Shown: positions 43,199-53,356 of the stretch, piece by piece
How positions within the stretch are numbered: position 1 is the first letter of the stretch
Layout: each line of letters begins with the position of its first letter
Source of the DNA: an uncultured Alphaproteobacteria bacterium
GTDB taxonomy: Bacteria > Pseudomonadota > Alphaproteobacteria > HIMB59 > GCA-002718135
Length of the DNA: 64,000 nt
Assembly (NCBI GenBank): GCA_902573325.1
Contig: CACGJH010000003.1
Span: 41,592 to 105,591, forward strand
Direction of reading: 5' to 3'
Notes under the pieces: model-generated
What the model was told of the DNA's origin: nothing
The model's input: the letters and a program-made list of their open reading frames with translations, nothing else
Database searches by the model: none
Position numbers and translations under genes: made by a program

Positions 43199-43822
43199 TT
43201 AATATTTTTGTAATAAAACAATTTTTATTTTTATTTTATTTTTGAAGTCTTTGTTCATGGGTAAATAATGTAAAGGTCGAGAAATTTTAGTAATTTTTAA
43301 TAACTTTTGATGTTTTTTTAAAATACTTAAAAAATCCTGTTTCTCCCATAAATCTATTCTATGGGTAAATAGTACCAAGCCTTTTTCTTTAAGATTTTTA
43401 TTAATATTAGCAAAAAGTTTATCAAAGTTTTTGCAATACGTCATCGAACCAATCAAAGAAATAAGATTAAATTTTATTTTATAATGATGTAATTCTTCAA
43501 AGTTTTTTATTTGTAATTTCGTATAAATTTTTTTTTCTAAAGAAATTTTTAAGCTTTTTTTTGAAATATCTGATCCATATATATGGCTTTTTGGATAAAT
43601 TTTTTTTAATTCAGCACCAAATAAGCCGGTTCCACATGCTAAATCTAAAATATTTTTTGGTTTAAAATTAGTTGTTTCTTTTAAAAATTTAATGCTTTTT
43701 TTAGGTGCTTGATAATTCCATAACTTAAGTGTTGCATCATAATTTTTGGACCAATCATCATAATATTTTTTTGTTTTATTCAAATTGCCAACACCAGAAA
43801 CTAGTGATTTAAAATTACTCAT
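43199..43822 (-). CDS. Class I SAM-dependent methyltransferase
   Basis: YDDWS..YD, ILDLACGTG, GSDIS. Confidence 0.85.
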   Translation of the reverse strand: MSNFKSLVSGVGNLNKTKKYYDDWSKNYDATLKLWNYQAPKKSIKFLKETTNFKPKNILDLACGTGLFGAELKKIYPKSHIYGSDISKKSLKISLEKKIYTKLQIKNFEELHHYKIKFNLISLIGSMTYCKNFDKLFANINKNLKEKGLVLFTHRIDLWEKQDFLSILKKHQKLLKITKISRPLHYLPMNKDFKNKIKIKIVLLQKY

Positions 43823-44621
43823 ATTTTAAAGAAGGAATCTTTTTTCTTATTTTTTTTACATCAGAAATATTAATGGTTGAGTGAAGAATTGCAGGCTTAT
43901 TTTTAGTACTATTTACAATGTTTCCCCATGGATCTGCTAAAAGAGAATATCCATAAGTCTTTCTTTTCATATGATGATTTCCACACATACCTGTTGCTAC
44001 AATAAAAACATTATTCTCTATAGCTCGTGATCTATTCAAAACCTCCCAATGATCTTTTCCGGTTGGTCTAGTAAAAGCAGCAGGAACTAAAATAATTGAA
44101 CAATCTTTTTTAGCAAGCTGCCTATACAAATTAGGAAATCGTAAATCATAACAAATTGTCAATCCTAATTTAATATTATTAATTTTTGTAAAAATTATTT
44201 TATTTCCTGCTTTAAATAAATATGATTCTTGATGTTTTTCATTATTATTAATTTTGACATCAAACATATGAATTTTATCATATGTTTTTTTTATTACTCC
44301 ATGATTATCAATAAAAAAAGATCTGTTAACTAGTTTGCGTTGTTTTTTTACTTTTAAGAGTAAAGAACCAAGATTTATATTAACCTTATTTTTTTTAGCA
44401 AAATTTTTTGCCATTTTTAAAACTGGGCATGTATTTTGATATGGGGCATTTAATAATAAAAAATTTTTATCATTAGTAATAATGTTGGAGCATTCTGGTG
44501 TGCAAATCAAATGAGGTTTAAATTTTAATGTTTTTTTAAAATTTTTTTCTAAATTGTTTGCATTCAAATTTGCTATGTGACTAGCAGAAAATTGAATTTG
44601 AGATATTCTAAGTTTACCCAT
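43815..44621 (-). CDS. Carbon-nitrogen hydrolase (Nit1/YbeM-like, deaminated glutathione amidase-like)
   Basis: E-K-C triad: TPE, YDKIHMFDV, ICYDLRFP; PAAFT.PTG..HW...RAIEN. Confidence 0.88.
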   Translation of the reverse strand: MGKLRISQIQFSASHIANLNANNLEKNFKKTLKFKPHLICTPECSNIITNDKNFLLLNAPYQNTCPVLKMAKNFAKKNKVNINLGSLLLKVKKQRKLVNRSFFIDNHGVIKKTYDKIHMFDVKINNNEKHQESYLFKAGNKIIFTKINNIKLGLTICYDLRFPNLYRQLAKKDCSIILVPAAFTRPTGKDHWEVLNRSRAIENNVFIVATGMCGNHHMKRKTYGYSLLADPWGNIVNSTKNKPAILHSTINISDVKKIRKKIPSLKYE

Positions 44622-44626
44622 TATTT

Positions 44627-45787
44627 TTACTTATATTTAAATAAAAATATAACAGCACAAATAAATACAACAAATGTTAATAAATACATATTTAATGTTA
44701 ATGAATATGTTTCAGCTAGAAAACCAATTCCAGCAGGCAAAATCATTGTAGAAGACAATCCAATTGTTATAAGATTAGTCACAGTCATTGGGATACTTTC
44801 ATTGGATTGTTTAACCGCTTGTCGAATTATTATAGGAACTAAATTTGCAATAGCAAATCCATAAATACATAGAACTGCTAGTATAATGTAGAAGTTATTG
44901 GTTAATAAAGACAAAAACATTATAGCTGCGCCAATCATCACAAAGTGACAACCTACAACTTTTTCAGTGAATAAATTAATCAAAGAATTTGAAAATAAAT
45001 TAGCAAAAATCCCTCCAATGCTAAAAAAGATTAATCCCATACTTGCTAAGTAAAGAGGAGTATTCAAATCTTTTGACAGCCATAATGTCGACCAATCCAT
45101 AATTATTCCACCTGATCCAAAAACAAAAAATAACAAAAATCCAAATAAAAGAATATTCATCTCTGGTAATTTAAATTTCTCACCTTCACCTTTAAAATCT
45201 AAATCTCGGGGTAATCCATAAGAATATACAAAAGAAGAAACTAAGATTGATAAAAAGGATAAGATCGTAAACGATATGTAAGGTTCATAATTATTTCTCA
45301 TTATTAAACCTGCTAATCCCCCTCCAAGGAGAATTCCTAAATTAAATCCCATAGCATAATACGGTGTTATAATTTTTTTAAAATGTCTTTCAATAAGTTG
45401 ACTATGTATACCTCCAATTGGTCCAGATGCGCCCCATCCTATTCCACCAGATATAAAAGTTAATAAAAAATAAAAATATGATGAAGAAATAACAGTCAAT
45501 AAGGCAGAAAATGTAACAATAGGAAAAGCTAAACTCATAACTAATTTAGTTCCATATTTTGGGACTAATATCCTTCCAGCAATTTGGTTAGAAATTATAA
45601 AAAAAATTCCAAAAAGTAATATCGCATAGCTTAAATCAGACTCGTCAATTGAAAGTCTCTCCATATTCCAAGGTGTTATTCCAAAATAACAGCCCACGAC
45701 TATCATTGGATAGGTAGAAGTAATTACAGACGCAATGGTAGCTCTTCTAAAAATTATTTTTTCTTCTAACACAAAATTTTTTACCAA
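44627..45787 (-). CDS. MFS transporter
   Basis: About 12 hydrophobic segments, E/DW motif at start of second half, IGFLAE; start uncertain (TTG 45787 or GTG 45772). Confidence 0.75.
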   Translation of the reverse strand: MVKNFVLEEKIIFRRATIASVITSTYPMIVVGCYFGITPWNMERLSIDESDLSYAILLFGIFFIISNQIAGRILVPKYGTKLVMSLAFPIVTFSALLTVISSSYFYFLLTFISGGIGWGASGPIGGIHSQLIERHFKKIITPYYAMGFNLGILLGGGLAGLIMRNNYEPYISFTILSFLSILVSSFVYSYGLPRDLDFKGEGEKFKLPEMNILLFGFLLFFVFGSGGIIMDWSTLWLSKDLNTPLYLASMGLIFFSIGGIFANLFSNSLINLFTEKVVGCHFVMIGAAIMFLSLLTNNFYIILAVLCIYGFAIANLVPIIIRQAVKQSNESIPMTVTNLITIGLSSTMILPAGIGFLAETYSLTLNMYLLTFVVFICAVIFLFKYK

Positions 45788-46764
45788 CGATGATGCACAT
45801 CATCAAAAAAATATTCTGTGTAAATATTACTAATTTTTTCCATCAAAGAAGAAATTTCATTAATATTTGAAGAAGAAGTATTTAAATTCACATGATCTTT
45901 ATTTTTAGCACCCGGAATAACAACACTAACTGCATCATGCATCAAAATCCATCTTAGCGATAATTGTGATAAAGTTATTTCAGTTGGCAAAATATTTTTT
46001 AAATCTTCAACTGCATCTAATGCTTTGTTAAAATTAACACCTGAAAATGTTTCTCCAACATCAAATGCATCACCATTTATATTATAATTTCTATGATCAT
46101 CAGGAGCAAAAGAAGAATCTTTTGAGAACTTACCTGTTAACAAACCACTTGCAAGAGGCACCCTGACTATAATTGCAACTTTTTTTTCTTTTGCTATTTG
46201 AAATAATTTTTCAGCAGGTTTTTGTCTAAAAATATTAAAAATAACTTGTATCGATTTTGTATTTGGACGTTTGATACAAGCTAAAGCTTCATCAACTGTT
46301 TGAACACTAAATCCGTAATTTTGAATTTTTCCTTTACTCACTAAATAATCTAACATTTCAAATGCATGATCAGATGAATATACTTCGGTTGGAGGACAAT
46401 GCATTTGTAACAGATCAATTGTTTCAACATTAAGATTTGATAAAGATTGATCTACATAAGACTCCATTAATTCCTTATTATAGTATCCCTCGGCTACATG
46501 AGGATTGATTTGTCTCCCAGCTTTTGTTGCCACATAAATTCTTTCAGATACTGATTTAATAAATTCACCTACAAATTTTTCACTTCTACCCATGCCATAG
46601 ACATCAGCAGTATCAAAAAAATTAACACCATTTTCAAATGATGATTTTAATACTTCTTTAGCTTTATCTTCACTAACTTCTCCCCAGTCTGCTCCAATTT
46701 GCCAGCAACCCAATCCAATTTCGGATACGTTCCAATCTAATGATCCAAATTTTCTATATTTCAT
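45781..46764 (-). CDS. Aldo/keto reductase
   Basis: VSEIGLG, FFDTADVYG, ATKAG, DLLQMH, PLASGLLTGK, VIPGAK. Confidence 0.92.
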   Translation of the reverse strand: MKYRKFGSLDWNVSEIGLGCWQIGADWGEVSEDKAKEVLKSSFENGVNFFDTADVYGMGRSEKFVGEFIKSVSERIYVATKAGRQINPHVAEGYYNKELMESYVDQSLSNLNVETIDLLQMHCPPTEVYSSDHAFEMLDYLVSKGKIQNYGFSVQTVDEALACIKRPNTKSIQVIFNIFRQKPAEKLFQIAKEKKVAIIVRVPLASGLLTGKFSKDSSFAPDDHRNYNINGDAFDVGETFSGVNFNKALDAVEDLKNILPTEITLSQLSLRWILMHDAVSVVIPGAKNKDHVNLNTSSSNINEISSLMEKISNIYTEYFFDDVHHRW

Positions 46765-46766
46765 AT

Positions 46767-48926
46767 TTATCCTACAACTATTTCATCAGTGACTAATGTA
46801 CCATCCTCAACAATCAATCCCATAGCTCCTGAGTCAAGAAGATTATTTTTATCTTCATATTCTAAAACTAATTTATTTTCTAAATATGCAGAAAGAACAT
46901 TATCTTTAATTTTAAGAGATAATTTATAATTTTTAAAATATTCTAAATTAAAATCTATCTCCTTTAAAACACTTACTTCATTTACCACTTTTATTAATTG
47001 AAGTTTGTTTGAAGAATTAATTACCAGTCCATAGTATCTATTTAAACCTTGTACTCTTACAGCAAGGCCGCCGGTAGTAAGTCTTTGCACTGCTATATCT
47101 GCGCTAACAGTATAGTTTTTCCAAGCTTCATTACCCGTAATGATAATCCCTCTCCCACTATCTTTTGTTATTCTAAATGTTCTTGCACCTACTTCCCATT
47201 TATCAACAGCATTTACCCAACTTGATTTCCACATAACAGCTTTTGATGTTTTCACACCCCGTTTATGTTCTCCAATATGTTTTGGTTTATAAAATGAACA
47301 ATCTGGTTCTCCCGTAAATGTTAGATAGTTTATTAATAAGCTGCCAGAATTTGCTTCTTCAGATTCAATAGAAAATCCAACTTGAGTAATTGGATTTCCC
47401 TCAGTTGAAGGAATTTTCCATTTTAAGTTATGTGATTTACCTGGATACAAAATTATTTCCTCTGAATTAATTCTTTCATATTGATCATCTTTCCCAAACA
47501 TATTTATGAAACATTTAACATTGATTGGTTTATCTGAACTTGTAACAAAATTAATTTCAGATTCAATTGTTTGACCAGAATATAATAATGGAGATGAAAT
47601 AAAATTATAACTTTGAAAAAATCTCTCTCTAGCTTTCCCCGTTAATTCGTGTAACTCTTGAGGAAAAAATACATCTACCAATGCTTCAGAGAAGACACCG
47701 GGCGCTACTCTATCAAATTTAATCTCAAGGGCTCTTTTTCCAATCTTACTATCATATTTTATATTTTGTACATGAGTTGAAATGTTCTTATTTTCTTTAT
47801 AGTTAGCTCTCCACCCTTGAACTGAACCAGGCATTTCAAAATGAAATCTAGATCCATTTTTAGGCTGAACAATTTCCTCATTGTTCATTCTTTTTGCAGT
47901 ATTAATTACTTTATAAGCTTCAGTTAATGCGTCTGTCTGTGTTTCGCCACCATTTGCCGTAGGGCAATACATTCTATCTTGGATTGGAGAAAGATAATCT
48001 GGGCCATTATTTAATCCCTCAAGTCCATTTTTAATTCCCATCAGGCAACCAACATTTCCTGAATTACAATCTGTATCTCGACCTGCAGTATTAACAATCA
48101 TTAATGTTTTTTGAAGATCATCATCCCCAAATAATAATGATAGAATGATAATAGCATGGTTAGGTATCATGTGACACTCACCTAAATATTTATCATAATC
48201 ATAGTTTTCAGCTAAAAATTCTCTTGCTTGCATCCAGTCACTATTACCTGATCGTATATTTTGTAATTCTCCAATTACTTTGTAAATCTCAGATGTATTT
48301 GGAATATATTTTTTACTTTCATTAATAATTTTATTAATATCTTTTTCAATAAAAGCTAAAGACTCCATAGCGGCTACCATTTGTGCTCCGTAAATCGCTT
48401 CGCCATCATGACTTACGCTTGCAGCTTTTTTTGCAAGATCAGCGGCTTTTTCTGGATCTCCTGGTGATACTAAAGCCCATCCATCAATAAATATTTGAGC
48501 TCCTATTTGTTGTGCAACAACTTCTCCATTTGTTTCAATAGAACCACTCATTGGAGCGTGAATGCCTGCCTTAAGGTTTTGGAACGCAGTATCCTCAGCT
48601 GAATGACCTCTACCTCCCCACCACAAAACAGTTTTATTTTCTATAAGATTATTTAACCAACTTTGACCAATTTGTTTTGGCGTAATGTTTGGATCATAAT
48701 TATTTTCTCTTAAAGCTCTTAAAAAAGTAAAGGTACCAGTAATATCATCATCTGTTACTACTAAAGGAACATTTAATTTCTCATTTACATAGTAATTAAT
48801 CTCACCTAACTCTTCTAATATTCTTTCATGAGTCCATTGTTCAAAAGGACGTCCTAGATAAACACCAATTAACTTGCCAAGTACCCCTGCATATACTTTT
48901 TCTTCATACACTTTATCTAGTTTCAT
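46767..48926 (-). CDS. ADP-ribosylglycohydrolase-family protein with long C-terminal extension (paralogue D)
   Basis: GK.IGV.LG.PFE, TDDD and DTDCN Mg-binding motifs, SVSHDGE; SD AAGGGGAG. Confidence 0.85.
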   Translation of the reverse strand: MKLDKVYEEKVYAGVLGKLIGVYLGRPFEQWTHERILEELGEINYYVNEKLNVPLVVTDDDITGTFTFLRALRENNYDPNITPKQIGQSWLNNLIENKTVLWWGGRGHSAEDTAFQNLKAGIHAPMSGSIETNGEVVAQQIGAQIFIDGWALVSPGDPEKAADLAKKAASVSHDGEAIYGAQMVAAMESLAFIEKDINKIINESKKYIPNTSEIYKVIGELQNIRSGNSDWMQAREFLAENYDYDKYLGECHMIPNHAIIILSLLFGDDDLQKTLMIVNTAGRDTDCNSGNVGCLMGIKNGLEGLNNGPDYLSPIQDRMYCPTANGGETQTDALTEAYKVINTAKRMNNEEIVQPKNGSRFHFEMPGSVQGWRANYKENKNISTHVQNIKYDSKIGKRALEIKFDRVAPGVFSEALVDVFFPQELHELTGKARERFFQSYNFISSPLLYSGQTIESEINFVTSSDKPINVKCFINMFGKDDQYERINSEEIILYPGKSHNLKWKIPSTEGNPITQVGFSIESEEANSGSLLINYLTFTGEPDCSFYKPKHIGEHKRGVKTSKAVMWKSSWVNAVDKWEVGARTFRITKDSGRGIIITGNEAWKNYTVSADIAVQRLTTGGLAVRVQGLNRYYGLVINSSNKLQLIKVVNEVSVLKEIDFNLEYFKNYKLSLKIKDNVLSAYLENKLVLEYEDKNNLLDSGAMGLIVEDGTLVTDEIVVG

Positions 48927-48950
48927 TATTTCTCCCCTTTTTTTATAAAT

Positions 48951-51113
48951 TTATTCTATAGATATTGAATTACTTTGAATTGCTCCATTTTCAGTTAAAA
49001 ATCCCATCATACCTTCCTCAAATGGATTAGATGAATCTTCTGCTTCAATTAGTAATTGATTATCAACATAACCTTGAAGTTTATTGCCATCTACTTTAAA
49101 TTTTAAATCATATTCTTTAAAATATTCTAAATTAAAATCTATTTCATTAAGTGTTTTTAATTCATATTCCATTTTATTAATCTTGAGTTTATTTTTAGAA
49201 GTTAACTCAAGAGAATAATATCTTTTTAAACCTTGAGACCTAACAATTAATCCAGCGGCAGATGCAAGAGGAATAGATATCTTTGAAGAAATTGAATAAT
49301 CTTTCCATGTCTCACTCCCAGTCATTATGTGACCACGACCTATACCCCTTACTACTTTAAATGATTCATTATGTCGGTATTGCCATTTATCTACATCATT
49401 GACCCAAGCTCTTTTCCATAATTGACCGTAAACCTCCTCTTTATAAAATATGCCTCTTTTATATTCATCTATATGGTCAGGTCTTCTAAAAGTCATTTTT
49501 GGAGTTCCAGAGATATTTAAATAATTAATTAAAATTTTTCCTGAAACATTATCATCAGAATTAATACTAATACCTATCTGTCCTATTGGATTTGCAAAAG
49601 TATCAGGAACAACCCATTCAATTGTATTATTTTCTTTACTCCTTAAATTAAAATCATCAGAAGATAATTTGATTAATTTATCTTCTTCTCCCCAATATTT
49701 AATAAATAAATTAATTCGCAAATCTTTTTCAGATTGAGATATAATTTGTGCTTTGATCTTTTGTCCAGAATATACAATAGGACAAGCGACATAATCATAA
49801 TGAAAATATCTTTGAACTTGATAGCCTTCTAATTTTGTAAACCATTCTGGGAAAAAACTATCTACAAAAATTTCACTTGCAAGACCAAATGATAGATCAT
49901 TAAAACTGACTTGTAACGCTCTCGTTCCATTATCTGATTTATAATCAACATTAGATAAGCTTGTATTTAGATTGTTATCATTTGATTTATCAACCATCCA
50001 TCCTTGTGTAGATGTTTCCATTTCAAAATTATATCTAGCATTATTTTTGATAACCTTGCTTTCAAGACCATTCATTTTTCTTGTTATATTAATAATGTTC
50101 TGACTTTCCAATAAAGCATCAGTCATTGTTTCAGAACCATATGCTGTTGGTAAATAAATGATATCATTTACAGGAGTTATATAGTCTGGACCCTGTTTAA
50201 TTCCTTCTAATCCATTTTTTATTCCTAAGATACAACCAACATTTCCTGAGTTACAATCTGTATCCCATCCTGCTGTATTGACGATCATTAAGGATTTTTG
50301 AAAATCATCATCTCCGAATAACAACGATAAAATAATTAGTGCGTGATTAGGAACGATATGACAATTACCTGGAAATTTACTATACCCATACTTATCTTCA
50401 ATCTTGGATCTAGCTTGTTCCCAATCTAAATTACCAGAGCTCCAATCTTGGATATCAGAAATCAATTTATAAATTATTGAATCATTTGGAACAAATTTTT
50501 TACTGTCCTCTATTATTTTTTTTATATCTTTTTCTATAAATGCATAGGCTTCCATAGCAGCAACAACTTGAGCACCGTAAACAGATTCACCGTCATGACT
50601 AACACTCCCTGCTCTTTTTGCTAGATCAACAGCTTGTTCTGGATCACCTGGAGAAACCATTCCCCAGCCATCAATAAATATTTGCGCTCCGATTTGTTCC
50701 GCAATTACTTTACCATTTTTAGCAATGGAACCACTTTCAGGTGCGTGGATACCTTGTTTAAGATTCATGTATGCGCTTTCTTCAGTTAAAATTCCTTTTC
50801 CTGCCCACGCAAGTACAGTTTGATTTTCTAAACAATAATTTAACCAAGTTTGTCCAATTTGTTTTGGCGAAATATTTTTATCAAAATTAAAATGTTTAAG
50901 AGCATTTATAAATCTAAAAGTACCTGTTAGATCATCATCTGTGACATGTATTGGAAAATCAAGTTTATCATTTACGTAATAATTAATTGGACCAAGTTCT
51001 TCCATGATCCTGTCATAATACCAACCTTCAAATGGTCTACCTAAATAAACACCAATAATTTTTCCTAGGACACCAGCATAAACTTTTTCTTCAAATACTT
51101 TATCTAAATTCAT
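48951..51113 (-). CDS. ADP-ribosylglycohydrolase-family protein with long C-terminal extension (paralogue C)
   Basis: TDDDL, GWDTDCN, SVSHDGE; SD GGAGGGAGG. Confidence 0.85.
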   Translation of the reverse strand: MNLDKVFEEKVYAGVLGKIIGVYLGRPFEGWYYDRIMEELGPINYYVNDKLDFPIHVTDDDLTGTFRFINALKHFNFDKNISPKQIGQTWLNYCLENQTVLAWAGKGILTEESAYMNLKQGIHAPESGSIAKNGKVIAEQIGAQIFIDGWGMVSPGDPEQAVDLAKRAGSVSHDGESVYGAQVVAAMEAYAFIEKDIKKIIEDSKKFVPNDSIIYKLISDIQDWSSGNLDWEQARSKIEDKYGYSKFPGNCHIVPNHALIILSLLFGDDDFQKSLMIVNTAGWDTDCNSGNVGCILGIKNGLEGIKQGPDYITPVNDIIYLPTAYGSETMTDALLESQNIINITRKMNGLESKVIKNNARYNFEMETSTQGWMVDKSNDNNLNTSLSNVDYKSDNGTRALQVSFNDLSFGLASEIFVDSFFPEWFTKLEGYQVQRYFHYDYVACPIVYSGQKIKAQIISQSEKDLRINLFIKYWGEEDKLIKLSSDDFNLRSKENNTIEWVVPDTFANPIGQIGISINSDDNVSGKILINYLNISGTPKMTFRRPDHIDEYKRGIFYKEEVYGQLWKRAWVNDVDKWQYRHNESFKVVRGIGRGHIMTGSETWKDYSISSKISIPLASAAGLIVRSQGLKRYYSLELTSKNKLKINKMEYELKTLNEIDFNLEYFKEYDLKFKVDGNKLQGYVDNQLLIEAEDSSNPFEEGMMGFLTENGAIQSNSISIE

Positions 51114-51139
51114 TTTCCTCCCTCCAAATGAATATTATC

Positions 51140-53344
51140 TCAATTTATAGAAATTTCATCACTAATTATAGTTCCATTTTCAACAATACAGCCTATCATA
51201 CCTTTTTCAAATTGATTTGATTTATCTTCTACCTCAATTAACAATTCATTGTTAATAAAGCCTTTTAAAAAATTATTATCAGCCTCAAAACGCATAAAGT
51301 ATTCCTCAAATGGCTCAAAAGAAAAATCTACTTCTTTTAATATTTTTAGACCATATTCCATTTTATTAATCTGTAATTTATTTGTTGATTTAATTTCTAA
51401 TGAATAATACCTCTGCAAACCCTGAGATCGAATTACTAATCCTCCAGATGATGCTAAACGAAACATTATTTTTGAAGTTACCGAATAATTTTTCCAATCA
51501 GAGGATCCTGTAAATACATGCCCTCTTGATGCATTTTTGATTAACCCAAATGAATTTTTTCCATAACTATACCATTTATCTACATCATTTACCCAAGCCA
51601 ATTTCCATAACTGACCATAATATTTTTCATCATCTGGAATATAAACACCATTTGTTAAAGATTTAATATTATGACTTGTCGTATTTACTTTGTCGTTTTT
51701 AATATGCTCAGGTTTTTTAAAAGTCATCTTAGGTATTCCAGAAATATCAATATAATTTATTAATATTTTACCTGATACTTGTTCATCAGATGCAATACTA
51801 TATCCAAGTTGATTAATGGGATTTGATAATGTATCAGGAATAGTCCATTCTATTTTTTTTGTTCCATTTTCTGAGAAGTAAAATTCCTCCGAGCCTAATT
51901 TAAATAACTTATCTCCTTCACCATAATACTTAATAAATAATTTAATTTTTATATTTTTTTTCGTCTTCGATATAATTTCTGTTTTAATTTTTTGACCTGA
52001 GTAAACTGTAGGACAACCAACAAAACTGTAAACCATAAGCATCATTTCTTGTTGCTCATTCAATCTTGTAAATTCTTCTGGGAAAAATGTATTCACATAT
52101 AATTCACTATTAATTCCTTTTGTAAGATTGTTAAAATTTATCTCTAAAGCTCTTTTGCCAATAGCAGAGATATGTTCACAGTTTTTTAAAAAAGTATTTT
52201 GATTATTGTTATTTGATTTATCAATCATCCATCCTTGCGTAGATGTTTCCATTTCAAAATTATATCGAGCATTGTTTTTAATAGATTGATGTTCAAGGCC
52301 ATCTAATTTTCTTCTAATATTAATTATATTCTGGCTTTCAGTTAATGCATCAGTCATAGTTTCTGAACCACGAGCAGATGTAATATATAAAGTGTCATTA
52401 ACAGGTGTAATAAAATCTGCACCTTTTTGAATGCCCTCTAGACCATTTTTAATACCCATATAACAGCCAACATTTCCAGAGTTACAATCTGTATCCCACC
52501 CTGCTGTATTAACAATCATTAACGTTTTTTGAAAATCATCATCTCCAAATAAAAGAGCTAGAATTATCAAAGCATGATTTGGCACAATATGACAAAATCC
52601 TTGGTATTTGTCATATCCATAGTGTTCTTCAATTTTGAATCTAGCTTGTTCCCAATCTAAATTACCAGAACTCCAATCTTGAATATCTGAAATTAATTTA
52701 TAAATCACAGAATTCTTAGGAATGTAACTTTTACAATGCTCAATTATTTTTTTTGTATCGCTTTCAATAAAAGCCATTGCTTCCATAGAAGCAACCATTT
52801 GAGCACCATAAACAGACTCACCATCATGACTAACACTCCCTGCTCTTTTTGCTAAATCAGATGCAAAGTCTGGATCACCTGCTGCAATCATTCCCCAACC
52901 ATCAATAAATATTTGTGCACCAATTTGCTCTGCAATAATTTTACCATTCCTTTTAATTGATCCACTCTCTGGGGCTTCAATACCTTCTTTTAAATTTAAA
53001 TACGCACTCTCTTCGGTCAATAATCCCTTTCCAGCCCATGCTAAAACAGCCTGATTTTCTAAACAATAATTTAACCACGTATCACCAATTTGCTTTGAAG
53101 TTATATTTCGATTAAAATTAAAGTCTTTAAAAGCTTTAATAAAAGTAAAAGTACCATTTAGATCATCATCTGTAACATGAAGAGGTAAATTTAATTTGTC
53201 GTTTACGTAATAATAAATAGGCCCAAGTTCTTTCATTATTTTATCATAGGGCCAACCCTCAAATGGTCTTCCTAAATAAACTCCAATAATTTTTCCTAAG
53301 ACACCAGCATAAACTTTCTTTTCAAAATTATTATCTAATTTCAT
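51140..53344 (-). CDS. ADP-ribosylglycohydrolase-family protein with long C-terminal extension (paralogue B)
   Basis: TDDDL, GWDTDCN, SVSHDGE. Confidence 0.85.
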   Translation of the reverse strand: MKLDNNFEKKVYAGVLGKIIGVYLGRPFEGWPYDKIMKELGPIYYYVNDKLNLPLHVTDDDLNGTFTFIKAFKDFNFNRNITSKQIGDTWLNYCLENQAVLAWAGKGLLTEESAYLNLKEGIEAPESGSIKRNGKIIAEQIGAQIFIDGWGMIAAGDPDFASDLAKRAGSVSHDGESVYGAQMVASMEAMAFIESDTKKIIEHCKSYIPKNSVIYKLISDIQDWSSGNLDWEQARFKIEEHYGYDKYQGFCHIVPNHALIILALLFGDDDFQKTLMIVNTAGWDTDCNSGNVGCYMGIKNGLEGIQKGADFITPVNDTLYITSARGSETMTDALTESQNIINIRRKLDGLEHQSIKNNARYNFEMETSTQGWMIDKSNNNNQNTFLKNCEHISAIGKRALEINFNNLTKGINSELYVNTFFPEEFTRLNEQQEMMLMVYSFVGCPTVYSGQKIKTEIISKTKKNIKIKLFIKYYGEGDKLFKLGSEEFYFSENGTKKIEWTIPDTLSNPINQLGYSIASDEQVSGKILINYIDISGIPKMTFKKPEHIKNDKVNTTSHNIKSLTNGVYIPDDEKYYGQLWKLAWVNDVDKWYSYGKNSFGLIKNASRGHVFTGSSDWKNYSVTSKIMFRLASSGGLVIRSQGLQRYYSLEIKSTNKLQINKMEYGLKILKEVDFSFEPFEEYFMRFEADNNFLKGFINNELLIEVEDKSNQFEKGMIGCIVENGTIISDEISIN

Positions 53345-53356
53345 ACTCTTATATTT

